Positions 23,524 through 35,895 of a stretch of DNA of 64,000 bases are shown here, piece by piece. The position numbers and the translations under genes are program-made. Numbering within the stretch: the first letter of the stretch is position 1; each line of letters starts with the position of its first letter. The notes beneath the pieces are model-generated. The model ran no database searches, had not been told where the DNA came from, and worked only from the letters and a program-made list of their open reading frames with translations. The DNA comes from Cercozoa sp. M6MM (taxonomy: Eukaryota; Protista; Endomyxa: Ascetosporea): assembly GCA_040357565.1 (NCBI GenBank), contig JBDODJ010000059.1, one strand, 5' to 3'.

Positions 23524-25961
23524 CTACGACGCAGCCACTGGCTCGAGCAGACGCGTCTCGATCGAGTACTCGTCGTCGCTCTCGCCGACTCGTTGTTCCT
23601 CTTGCTCCTGCGCTTCCTGTGCTGCTGCTACTTCTTCCTCTGCTTGTTCGGCCGCACCTGTAGACGTGGCGTGCCGACGACTCACGAGCAGCGGCATCAA
23701 CAGCAGCGGCACCAGGCTCATCGACTGCCCATTGCATTTTAATTAAGGCTGCGACCACACCAAACTCATGGCTGCGTGCGTGTACCTCAGCGATTAGCAG
23801 CAGCTTCCACAGCGACGAGTAGTCCGCGCGGGTGATGCCAAGCCACTCAGTCACCTCAGCGCCCAGCAGTGTGCCCACCAGCGAGCCGGCGTGCGCCTGA
23901 CGAGAAACGCAGCGGAATACAAAAAGGCAAACAATCTCACAACGAAAACACAAACGAACCGCCGACATGACGAGATTGAAGAACGTCGCCTGCAGTGCCT
24001 TGGGACAGCATTGAGTCGCCAGGATCTACGTCCAAGCACTTCGTTAGAGCAACGAAATCACTTTTTGGCCGGCCAGAAAAATTCCAAAAAGCTGAAAGCT
24101 CACGCCAGAAAATACTAAAAAAACTAACACAAATAATAAAACTGTACCACAGTTGGCATCAGCGTCAGGCGTCCAAACAGAGCCTGCATGGCAGCATGCG
24201 GCAGTAGTACTGCTAGAGACGGCCAGTCACGCGGCCACCAACCCCTGAACAAGAAACAAAGATCAGTTTTTGCAAATTAAAACACATTGGGAAAACTGAA
24301 ACAAAAACTACACTGTCGTGGCACGCAGCGAAATAAAGACGTCAGCAGCAAAAGTGACAAGTGCCAGTGCCCACGTGGCCACCTGTGCCCGATATTTGAA
24401 CCCGATACTTGACACATGAATACTCAGGTACAGTCAGTTCAGAGAAACGCTTACGTAGGCCCAGCGCAGATCATTCCACTTGGCAAAGGTGCGGCCGTAC
24501 ACGACGACACCAGCGAATGCCGACAGCAGCGACACGAACTCTGTCGCCGGAGAGGTGAAATGGAAAAGTAAAGGCTAGTGATGGGAGGCGGGGGATAACA
24601 TACCAATAAGCGAGTAGTGCCACAACTTAAGGCCAGGGAAGGTGCCCGAGTACACGAATGACATCAGAGCATCAGTAGCCATGGCCTGTGGCACATGCAG
24701 TAGCCACACAAACAACAACGGCCGCAGTTGCGACTTGAACACGCTCAGATGATTCCTGTGTCCAGGGACAGGGAGATAAGCGGGAGTAAAATGGTTAAGG
24801 GGGACACATATGGTTAAGGGGGACACATAGGGTTAAGCGAGACGCACCGCATGATACGCAGCATACGCGGCAGCAGCGACGACGCCGTGGCCTCTTCATT
24901 GTCGGCGTACAGCGGCTCATGCTGCTTCTCGTGTACCTGGGGTCATTAATGGGTCGGGCTTATGGGGGAGTGCTTAAGGGGGAGGGCTTAAAGGGCTACA
25001 GCAAGAGGGGGTAGGGAACACCTGCAGCGCCGACAGCACGGCCAGCAGCGGGATGACGGCAGACAGGCCGAGCACGACGCGCGGCACGCCGATCAGTCGC
25101 AGCAGGCACAGCGACAGCAGCTGCGCCAGCACGCTGCCGAAACTCCGCGTGGCCATCGTGGCCGACTGCACACGGGCCGCCGTGGTACCCTTGCGCTCAC
25201 CGTCCGTGTCGCCCTCGTCACCGTCAGTCTCACCGTCAGTCTCAGTACGATCACTGCGACTGGCACCGTCATTGATCAGAGCGGTAGCCACTGTGATCAC
25301 TGTGTCGGCATCATCATCATCCTCTGTCTGCTGGCCCTCTTGCTCCTGTGCCTTCTGTGCCAGCACCACTGTGACAGCGTCGATCACCGTATCGTTCAGC
25401 ACGGCGCCGACGTTGAGTGCCACGCCGCACACCAGCATCACATCGAACGAGTAGGCCATCGTGGCTGACAACAACAGACCGGCCGACCATGTGATCAGAC
25501 CGATCACCTGTACTTGGCAACATCTCTCTTAACTCGAGCAACACGTGCAGCACAGTGATCACACACCATGTAGGGCCGACGCCGATAGCCGAAAATCGGG
25601 ATATGATCGCTTATGATGCCACAAACCTGCAAAACAATATCGACTCAAAATGAGCCGAAAACAGAGCCGATAGTCTTAAAACCGGTTTAAACGACCAAGG
25701 CAGGAAGATCAGCGCGTAGTATCGCGCCAAGTCGGCCGGCGACACTTGCAGATCCTGCGTCAGAATGAGCCGAGTCGACGTGACCGGCAACATGAGTGAC
25801 ATGGCCACCGACAGGTAGGTGAGCTGAAAAAGCAAAAACCGCGTTGATCGTGTTAGTCCACAGGCAACAAAGAAAGCAGAACGCACCAGCACATGGTTTG
25901 GCACGATGCCATCGCCCGTGGCCCAGCCTAACAACGAGAAGCATACGTCAATGATCATCAT
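23524..25961 (-). CDS. BT1 folate-biopterin transporter (MFS)
   Basis: Hallmark IFLPWSFKP|VCGIISDHIPIFGYRRRPYM; DTVIDAVTV...ARVQSATMATRSFGS; GTLLGAEVTEWLGITRADYSSLWKLLLI near the C-terminus. Confidence 0.9.
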
Positions 25962-26047
25962 TGCCCGCTCTGGTAGAATTCTCCAACGTACCCTTGATTC
26001 GCTGCCACATGTTTGCGCGGCACACTACTCACACGCAAGCGAAGTAG

Positions 26048-28469
26048 CTACGCACGCGAAACAACGCGAAAACACGAAAACAGCTGGCTGATCTTGCTGT
26101 ACGAGCACCGGGCAGTGAGAATCGAGCTTTGGTCACCTCCAGCAAACTTAGAGGAACCCGAGTGCTCACGCGCGTCACACAAGCACGTACCGTGTCCTGG
26201 GCAGTATCGCTTGGCAAATAGTTGCGTGTGCCAACAAAATCGTGCGGTGGGTTTCTTTTTTTTTTTGACTCACGCGAAATGATTCGAGTACGGTACCGTA
26301 CAAGTGGGGATACAAAGAAAAACAAGTGTCGATCACTACAGTTCGGTCTTGGTCATGCGGGATTCCGGCGGCAGGTAGGTGCAGCAGGTCTCGAGTGTCG
26401 ACGACGACGTGAGTCGCACCAGGAGTGTAGCCACCGTCACTACACACAGAACTTGAGGTCGCAATGACAGGAGTAAGTCGAAAGGGAAGAGCTACGGCCA
26501 ACAAAGACGAAGGCAAACACGCGGAACGACAGCGAACGCGTCGATCGACTCAGCAGCGTCAGCAGCGGCAGCAGCGGCACCAGTGACAGTGCCTGGGGGG
26601 GGGGTAAATAGGGGGGTTAATAGGGGGTAGATAGGGGGTAANNNNNNNNNNNNNNNNNNNNNNNNNNNNNNNNNNNNNNNNNNNNNNNNNNNNNNNNNNN
26701 NNNNNNNNNNNNNNNNNNNNNNNNNNNNNNNNNNNNNNNNNGGGGGGTAAAAGGGGAGTACATAGACCAAGACGGCCGCCAGGGCGGAGAGTGCCGGAGT
26801 CGGCGCGTACATCGACAGCAGCGACAGCAGCGGCAGCCACACGGCGTTCCACGTCACCAGCAGACCCAGCAGCAGCGGGATGCAGTACACCTGTCTCGTG
26901 TAGAGTTACCCCCCATACCCCAATACCCCTATACCCCTATACCCCTATACCCCACCCCTATACCCCTATACCCCACCCCAATACCCCATACCCCTATACC
27001 CCCTAACCCAATACCCTAATACCCCAATACCCTAGCCCTATACCCCATACCCCCTAACCCTATACCCCCTAACCCTATACCCCTATACCCCTATACCCCA
27101 AGCAAAGGAACCTGGAGCTGCGTGGAGATGCATTTGTGTTCGGCCCAGCGCGAGCACAGCACGCAGGTCGCACTCGTCTGCAGCAGCTGCTGCACCGACA
27201 GGAAGGGCGCCGCATCTGGCAGCTACACACACTGGCTATTAAGGGGGTGTGTGTCTCCCCCTTTAGCGTATTAAGGGGGTGCTCCCTTTCGTTAAGGCAG
27301 CGTACCGCAACAGTGAGCACGAGCGACAGGAGCGACTGCAGCAGCGCCGTCGTCAGCAGCACGCAGCGCCACTGCTGCACCACTGCACACACACACAGTG
27401 TACAAATGGACCACCCCATTGGTACACATGGACAGTACAGAATGGACAGTACAGAATGGACAGTACAGAATGGACAGTACAAATGGACAGTACAGAATGG
27501 ACAGAAAGGCAGTGTACACGGGTCACACAACGACGACACGTCGTGCAGTGTGTGCACATTCTGCACCGTGCCTTCCAGGTCGTGCGCGCTGTCACTCTCG
27601 TCGCTGTGCACACTCACTCCTCCGTCCGCGCGGACGCACACAAATGAAGAGAACAAAGTACGACGGGTGACGCTGCAGCAGCGGCGTGTCCTGCTGCTCC
27701 TCGGCCTACCGACATTTCACACACACAATAGACAGCAAGAGAAACAACAACACAAGCAGAGACAACAAGCAGAAACAACAAGCAAAAACAACAACTCGGA
27801 ACCTTCCAACTCGACGGCAGCAGCGGCGATCGCTCGGCGAATTCGCGCGCAAAAAACAGCGCGAACACGCACAGTGTCGTCACTAGGTGCCAGGCCTACC
27901 ATACACACACACATACATACAGATAGTCAGTTGGTAGGACAGTGAGTCAGTTGGTAGGATAGTCAGTTGGTAAGTCAGTCAGTTGGTAAGTCAGTTGGTA
28001 GGACAGTGAGTCAGTTGGTAGGACAGTGAGTCAGTTGGTGCTACCAGTCGCGTGTCGACACGTGCGTCGGTGTCGCCGCGGAAGTCGACAGTCTGACCGT
28101 GGAAGTCAGGCACGTGCGCACCGAGCACCACAATCAGCTGGTCCAGCAGCACGACGGTTCCCGTGGCCAGCAGCAGTACCACCCAGTAGCTATCCGGCAC
28201 ACTTGCACACTTGCACACTTGCACACTTGCACACGTGCACACTTGCACACGTGCACACACTTGCACACACTCACACACACACACACATGCTAACTTACAC
28301 TTACACTTACACTTACACACACATGCTAACTTACACTTACACTTACACTTACACACAGACACACAGACACACACACACACACACAGACACACACACAGAC
28401 ACAGACACAGACACAGACACAGACACAGACACAGACACACACTTGCACACACACACACACACAGACACA

Positions 28470-28518
<49 letters not shown>

Positions 28519-30687
28519 ACACACACACACACTAGCACACACAAAAGGCATCACAAAAAAAGATGACGAAACACGTGAGCGAGCGGTACCGAAGGATCAG
28601 TTCGACCGTGCTTTTCGAAAACTGCTGGCGGAACGCGATCAGCACACTGCCGCAAAGTAGCGACACCACGACTGTTCATTGAGAATGTGTGTGTTTTTTT
28701 GTACTTTTGGTATTGGCAAAATATAGGTATTGTCGATATATAGGTATTTTTGATAGGTATTTGTAGATGAGGTATTGTCGAAAGATACCGCCAAACGTGA
28801 GGGCCGAGGTGCGAGACACGTCCAGAACGGCCCATTCGAATGTATCGGCATACACACGTTGTGACGAGAGTGTGTCGTCGTAGGGATATGGCGTCGGATC
28901 GCCCGTGTCGCCTGGAGCTTCCGTCACGGCCTTGTCGTTCGTCGCACTGTCGACACACACGAGTACCGAAGCTGCAGGGAGGGTACAGAAAGCAGAAAGA
29001 AAGCTACAAATGCGGCAGTGTCGGCGCATTCGCGATGCCCGAAGCGAGCGACAGCAGCAATTCACCACCTGACAAACAAAGCTCTGTGTGTGACCTGAGT
29101 TGACTTCAGTTTGAGTCGAGTCATGACTCGAGTTTTTAGAGTTGCTTTTGTACCGTGTTGCAAAGCCTTGGGGTGCACGTTGCGAGCGCTGTCATCGGCC
29201 GTATGGTAGACCCAGCGTCGCTCGAGAAACACGAGGTCAGCACCAGCGATACCGGCCTTTGTGAACACCTGGAGATCAGTGTAGCCACCACTGATACCAA
29301 AGAGCGTTTCGGCCATCGACGAAGCACGCGGCCACGGCGCGTATTTCGCGTACAGAGCGATCACTTCGGGATCGCTGGCTCGCACTAACAAACCGCTTTG
29401 CTTGCACTGACTCGAGATGTCAAGAGTCTAGACTTTTCGTACCGAGCATTGTTTTGCGCGAGGCGGCGCCGCTGGCTTCAAAGTTCCACAGCAGTGTCGT
29501 CTGAAACACAGTCAAAAAATCTATCGAGAGAGAGAGAGAGAAAGAAGGAAAAAAGAAAGAAAGAGAAAGAAAGAAAGAAAGAAAGAGAAAGAAAGAGAGA
29601 GAGAGAGAAAGAAAGAAAGAAAGAGAAAGAAAGAAAGAAAGAAAGAGAAAGAAAGAGAGAGAGAGAGAAGCTCACATTGTGCTTGCTCAAATGTTCCGAC
29701 GCAGGTCCAGCTCCCAGCAGGCCTAGCAAAGCAGAGAGATGAGAAAGCAGACGGCACAATGAGAGTTACGAGGGCCAAACCAGCTTCTTCCAAGTCCGTC
29801 CAGACGAAAATGATCTTGCGACGCAGCTTCTCGCCTCTGTTGCTCTTTAGTTTCTGGTTCAGTGCACGCGCCGCTTCGATCAGAATGCTCGCACCTGCCG
29901 CCGCATCCGACGCACCTGGAGCACAAACAATGAGGTAGTTTGGGAGGAACAAGTAGAGTCAAAAGTACCAGGGCCTGTCGGCACAGAATCAAAATGCGCG
30001 GCGAAAGCGATTGCCTTGTCATCCGGCGACTCCTTCGTCGGCGAAACCACGGCCATGATCGTTGTTACGATGCAACCGTCTTTCGCGCATCCAGCGTCTA
30101 AACTCAACTCAACTCAACTCAACTCAACTCAACTCAACTCAACTCAACTCAACTCAACTCAACCCAAAGCAACTCAACTAAACACACGGAAAGAAATACC
30201 CTTGTCCGGCGAAGCATTGTCGTACGGCGGAGTCAAATCGCGAAACACCGACACCTCGAGTCCATTGATGCCGGTAAGTTCACTGCAAACCGAAAATACA
30301 AAGGCGTCGTGCAGAAATTGAAAGCCGAATCTACCGGACAATGTAGTCGACCGCGAGTTGGCGCTCTGGCTCATAGTGACGGCTTCCAATGGCTACGAAG
30401 AAGGTACAGATAAGACAAACCCATTTCTCATAAAAAGCAAAACTCACTCGATGCGAGATAGTCAACATGCTCCTTGGCACGCTCTCCAGAGAACTTCAAC
30501 TCATGGCTGTGAGAAGAAACATGCGAAGAAAATTGCGATAACTAGAAACAGGCAGGCAATCTGCAGGTTACCTCTTCACGCTCGGTTGGTGCAAGTCGTT
30601 GATGTACGCAAGCAATGATGGCACCAAAAGCAGCACAGCCAGCCAGATGAACCCTTCCTTCCGCGCGGACGCCTCACCGCCTCGCAT
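26048..30687 (-). CDS. M28 family metallopeptidase, ERMP1-like, with C-terminal TM region (3' end uncertain; spans an assembly gap)
   Basis: N-terminal TM; AIAFAAHFDSVPTGPG|ASDAAAGASILIE, IIFVWTDLEEAGL and TDLQVF...GADLVFLERRWVYHTADD; hydrophobic exons downstream. Confidence 0.85.
26642..26741. other. Assembly gap (100 N) inside a low-complexity intron
   Basis: N run flanked by G-rich repeats. Confidence 0.99.
26908..27100. repeat. Intronic (TACCCCTA)-like repeat with scattered CCCTAA units
   Basis: Directly visible. Confidence 0.9.
28198..28545. repeat. Intronic compound (GCACACTT)n/(CA)n/(CACAGA)n microsatellite
   Basis: Directly visible. Confidence 0.95.
29526..29670. repeat. Intronic (GA)n/(GAAA)n microsatellite
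   Basis: Directly visible. Confidence 0.95.
30101..30180. repeat. Intronic (AACTC)n microsatellite
   Basis: Directly visible. Confidence 0.95.
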
Positions 30688-31226
30688 CGTCAACACGCAC
30701 TGATCGCAACTTTTGCTCAAGTTGGACGCAGAATTTACTTTTAACAGCGCCACACCTTGAAAACACTTCTAAAAATCACTGGCACATTCCAGCACAAAGA
30801 GACAAGAACGTCAACGGTTTGTCAGTGCATAAACTTGAGCTCAAAAGAGCCCACAAGCAGTCCAAAACGATTCTACAGTAACAATTGGACGGAAAATTGA
30901 ATCAATCCGCTGAACGCACATGTGCTGAGTGTGATTGGCACTTTGGCACGTGCACAGGTGCATAACGTACGTGGGGCACTAGTGCCGTTTGTCTGCCGAC
31001 ACCGCCCGCTGTGTTCTTGTCCTTGGTCATCGCATCATCACACTCCTGCCCATCATTTTTCTGTGCCTGCGCTTCGAGATTTGCGCTGTCCCAAAGTGAT
31101 CGCTTTGGAATCCAACGTGCCGCTGGTTCGTCGATGGATTCGGATGTGCATGTGTGTTGGCTTTCTTGCATTTTCGGACCCAATACATCCATGTCCGACT
31201 TGTCATTATCCTTGTCTGACTTGTAG

Positions 31227-34200
31227 ATGATGGAACTGGAACCGGGTTCGCCGGCCCCAGTGGTACGAACGGGATAATTTTAGCGCTAAATTTAGCAGAA
31301 TTGATTTGGTTTAATTTTTGCGAATATAGGACCCCAGTTCGCCGGAGTTTATTATCGGAGTGTCGCTGTGGTGTGTTTGTTCTCCAGGTTTGGTGGCTCA
31401 TTTATGACCGCGTGCGCAGCTTGACGGGCAACGTCTGCATCAATCTCGGCACTACCTTGATCAAAGTACAGTGGGCAACAGAAACACATTGTGAGTCCTA
31501 CGAGCTTGGTGTTTGGACAGTACTCCCACGGCGAGAACTTTCAAAACAGCGTCTTGCGGCGTTGTTTGAGTACAAAAAACAGCGTTCAGTTGAACTCGAG
31601 TGATTTTGAGAATGTGTCTCATCCTGACAGACCTCCGGTTGGCCTGGGCGATCGGCACGGCACTTTTCGTGGGCGGCAATCTGCTGAACTTTGCGTCTTT
31701 CTCGTTTGCTGCTCAGTCGGTATCAAAACGCCATCTGAGTCTATCTAGACGTGTGTGCTACACTCGTTTGTGCCATTACAGTTGCTTTCGGCGCTGTCGT
31801 CAGTACAGTTTGTGTCAAATGGTGTCACGTGTTTTATCGTTCGACGTTTCTCGCAGAATCTAGCGCATGTGTGCGTGTGCAGTTGTGTTTGCGGGGTGGT
31901 TTCTCGGGATTCCAGTGACTCGGCGCATCCTATTTGCTACGGCACTTATTTGTATTTTCTCTGTTCAGTTATTATATCGCTGCCTTAACAAAAAAAAACG
32001 AGACTAACTTCTTTGAATGAAGGCTGCGCCAATGTGGTCGTGGTGTACTTTGGTGCGCGTCTGCAGCAGAACTACGACGTGGCCACACTACTGCTGCTGT
32101 TTCGCAAGAAGACCTTCCTAATCTACCTGAGTACGTTTTTTGCTTTTTTTTTGGGGGAAAAAGCAAGAGGGTAAAACTACTGACTACAGGCGTAACGCTG
32201 TCGTCGGCACTAGTGCTGCACACACTGTACCGCCGTGCGCGCAGTCTGCGACACCGTCGGTACAATTGATACTGTCCATTTGTACTGCCGGACTGTCAAT
32301 TTGTACTGTCTAAAATTGGAGGGTTGTTTTAGGGCATGCCGACAGCGCGGTAACAGTCGGAGACGACGCATGTCGACTGCCACTCTGTAGCTTCCCACAC
32401 ACACACACAGTGTATCTTTACCCCCCCCCCCCCCAGGTACCGACTGGACGCAGAGGCACAGACGGTGGCGGAAGTGGCGCGCATGCCGAACCCTTCCTTT
32501 ACGGAAGTAGTAACGTCCAGCGGTGTCGACGATGGTCCACTCAAGTGCTGGCTGGGTAACCTTGCTTTCGTGCATCCCTACCCTCCCTTACCCCTATCCC
32601 TACCCTCCCTTACCCCCCATCCCTGCCCTCCCTTACCCCCATATCTACCCTCCCTTACCCCCATCTACCCCAGCTGCATGCTGCTGCTTCCATGGAACGA
32701 GATCACGACGTGTGCTGTATTATTGCCTACCCCCACACTCCCGCTTTACCCCCTTCCCTTCCGCCTGGACACAGACGCTTTGTGCACAAGCTGCGTGCCT
32801 GCGTGTTCTGCGCCTGCAGCAACAGCGACAACTGGTGCGTCTGGCGCTGCGTGGACAACCTTGTCGTGGCGCCGCTGCTGCGTTTCTCACACAACTCCGA
32901 GGGTACCTTGCGCTTTCAATGTTGCACTTCGCTTCGAAATTCTGCGAAATTTCGCGCTTTTTTTCGACTTTTGCGCTTGTTTTCGAAATTCTGCGACATT
33001 TTGCGCTTTTTTTCGAAATTCTGCGAAATTCGCGAATGTTGACGTTTTATCAAACGCTGTTTTTTAACACGTACGCAGGTGTCTTGTTCGCTTTGGTGTC
33101 GGCGCTGCTGGGCACCTACTCGGTACTGCTTTTATCGGGTCTCGTGCACACAAGCTTGCAGTGTGCTGTGTATGTGTAACTCAGGCGATGCTGGCCAAGT
33201 CAATGTCGGAAATGCTGCGTGTGGCCTTTTTCGGAACGGATGACGAGCGCGATTCGCAGTTCACGTCGCCAGTGCCGTATCTGGTGCTGATACTTTGGCT
33301 GTTCGCCATGTCCTTCTGGCTCTATCGGTACACTGCTTTGTTTTTTTAACTTATCTGCTTTGATTTTTATAAGCTATATCTTTGAGTGTTGGTAGGATGA
33401 ACGCGGCCATCAAGAAATTCAACGTGATGTTCATCGTGCCCACCATGCAGGTAGTCAATCAGCACCCTTAAACCTTTTTTGTCTGCAATACTGCAAAATT
33501 GCAAACAACCTCGTTCAACAGGTGTTCTGGATCGTTTTTTGCGTGCTTTCCGGCGGAATCTGTACCGTGAACTGTACAGAGAGACTGCTAGTGCTTGTAT
33601 AGCCACTGCTGGTTTGATGCAGATTTTCGCGAATTTTGGACCTTTGAGAAACGCCAGACGATCATGTTTCCCGTACTGATCAATCGAACTGTTCCTGATG
33701 ATTGAAAGTGCTATGCTTGGTTGTTTCTGATTGTAGATTGGCTTGCTGTTGCTGCTGGTGGGTGTTATGGGTCTGGCACCTGCCGTGCAGCAGACGCCGG
33801 CTGCTCCAACTGCTGTAAAAACAGTTTTTTTCTGTGTGTTTGTTCGGTGTGAGATTGTTGAAATACACCTCCAGGAACAGCCACAAGAAGCTGCCGCTGT
33901 CGATGACGCGTTTGGACTCGGTTTCCACCAGTCTGAGGTACAGCTTGGACTGGTTTCTGCTTCTTTTTTGTTGCTGCCTGCTTGAATCGAAGCTGGTCCA
34001 GACTGGCGAGAAGAAAGAGCGAAGCATGTCGACATCGACGCCGTTGTTGATCGCACCTCAATCCAACGTGTCAGATGCTCCTCCTGTGGTAGCCAAACTT
34101 AAGTGTATGGCTGTGTGTTTGCGCCTGGGACAAACATTTCTGTTTGTTCAGTTGGATTCGTTGCGAGACGCGAATCTGCTGCAACAGGTGTGCTTTCACT

Positions 34201-34721
34201 CGGTTTACCCCCTGTATCGCCCGTTACCCTCACTGTACCTCCCTTAGGACCTGACAGAATGGCTGTCACGCCGAACTGCAGCCTTGTTCGAGCACCTGGC
34301 ATCGTCGAGCGACGGTGACGACACCGACGACGATATTTACGATCGCACTGGTTCTGACGCTTGCGTTGTGTGCGATCAGTACAACAGCTTTGGTGCCATT
34401 GAAGAAGGCATCGATGAGGTATCTTATCCCTCCGTAATACACCAGTATAACGTCAAAGCTAAACTGTACCTGGAACAGACAAGGTCCTCCTGCCGCACAC
34501 CGATCGAATTCGAGACCGAGGAGGACAGGAGCGATGACAGCCGCGAAGTCAGGCGACAACAGCAACAGCAAAGACAAGAACACAGAGAACAGCAACAGCG
34601 AGGGCAACAACAAGAGGCTCCTAGATACGATGAGAGGCAGCAATCAAGAGAATCACCCGACGTTGTCGTGCACGTCGCCGCCAGGCCCGACGTCGACTCT
34701 ACCTTTAAACCAAATATGTAG
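31227..34721 (+). CDS. NIPA-family Mg2+ transporter (DMT superfamily) with long acidic C-tail
   Basis: FIIGVSLCLTGNVCINLGTTLIK, WAIGTALFVGGNLLNFASFSFAAQS|LLSALSSVQFVSN, LAKSMSEML and MNAAIKKFNVMFIVPTMQ|VFWIVFCVLSGGI. Upstream exons are possible. Confidence 0.88.
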
Positions 34722-34988
34722 CTGTTGATGCAATATTGTATCCGCGCGGAATCAGCCCTAAAACTTGGCCTGATACGGACCTACTCCGAGTGCTTGGTCA
34801 GCGTGGGCTGGTGTTTGGTCCTGGTGACGTCCCGTTTCTACGCTACTAACCAGGAATAACCGAATCAAATGCAAAACAGACCGGTTCCAGCGCAGGACAT
34901 TTACGGCAGGCCTTATGCGTCAATTACTAGCGTAGTGGGGAGTTCAGACCACTGAAAACCCAACAACCATGTACAGGATCCTACAGGC

Positions 34989-35034
34989 AGTTCCCCTGTA
35001 AGTCTTGGGGGTCACAAGAGTAGGCCTGTGTGTC
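34989..35034 (+). repeat. Partial copy of the dispersed repeat seen at 15249-15295
   Basis: AGTTCCCCTG...TGGGGGTCACAAGAG...GGCC.GTGT aligns with the 15.2-kb copy. Confidence 0.55.
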
Positions 35035-35895
35035 CCACGCTAGTGCAGTGCAGTACAGTGCAGTGCAGGGTGTGTTGTCAAGTTGGCCAGGTGCCTTGCA
35101 ACAGAGGCCAGCAAAACACAGGGCTAGTCCTTGTGTTGAGAGACTCGAAAAGACATTCTTTGACCAAACCAGTCGTACCTCGCACGCTCTAGCGAACTGC
35201 CGCCGCGCCCGTTCAGTCGGCAGCACTCACCCGAACACGCACTGCCCTTTTTCAGTTGATTTATGCTCGCGGCACGATCAACTGAAACCGATTTTTTACG
35301 CAGGCCTAGTTTTATGCTCACGGCGATAGCAAGATCGCAGCCAGACTGTGTCGTGCCGGTGTTAAGACAGAACCGTCGTTCGCACGGCATGCGGCACTAT
35401 TTTGTGTCGCTGTCGGACAGAACCAACGAAGGTTTACACTTACACTAGGCGACAATTTCGTTTTGGATAGGTAGGTAATAGGTAGGTACTGGACAGGGAG
35501 GTATGGACAGGTAGGTGGTACTTCAGGTATTTTGGAACAGACCAGGTGAAACCTGCTCATACGTAGTACACTCGGTTCTGCATATCTCCGGGGGAGGCGG
35601 GGGTTTTAAGGAGGGACGAGGACAAAAACAGATATTTTTTTTAAAGGGGATCCCCTGAGAGATACTGCCAGACAGTCGCGTGCAGACAAAGAGCGGAGGT
35701 AGATTGCAAATATAATGTCGCGTACATCGAATATCGAAAGCTATGGTATGCGTAGTCACCTACGTCGTGAGAGATCTTCGCTTTCATCTGCACGCACGGG
35801 AACGTGTAAACTATTTTCGTCGCCGATAACGTCGCACGCGTGGTCAAGCTGTCGCTACACGACTGTACAAGACGGAAGCTGTACTAGACGGAAGC

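Noticed and set aside
26908-27100. Telomere or interstitial telomeric array (CCCTAA units)
   Set aside because: There are only a few scattered CCCTAA units inside a degenerate TACCCC repeat that lies within an intron.
9852-34721. Nutrient-uptake gene cluster (haem, Zn, folate, Mg)
   Set aside because: The families are unrelated, orientations are mixed and housekeeping genes are interspersed. Chance co-location is sufficient.
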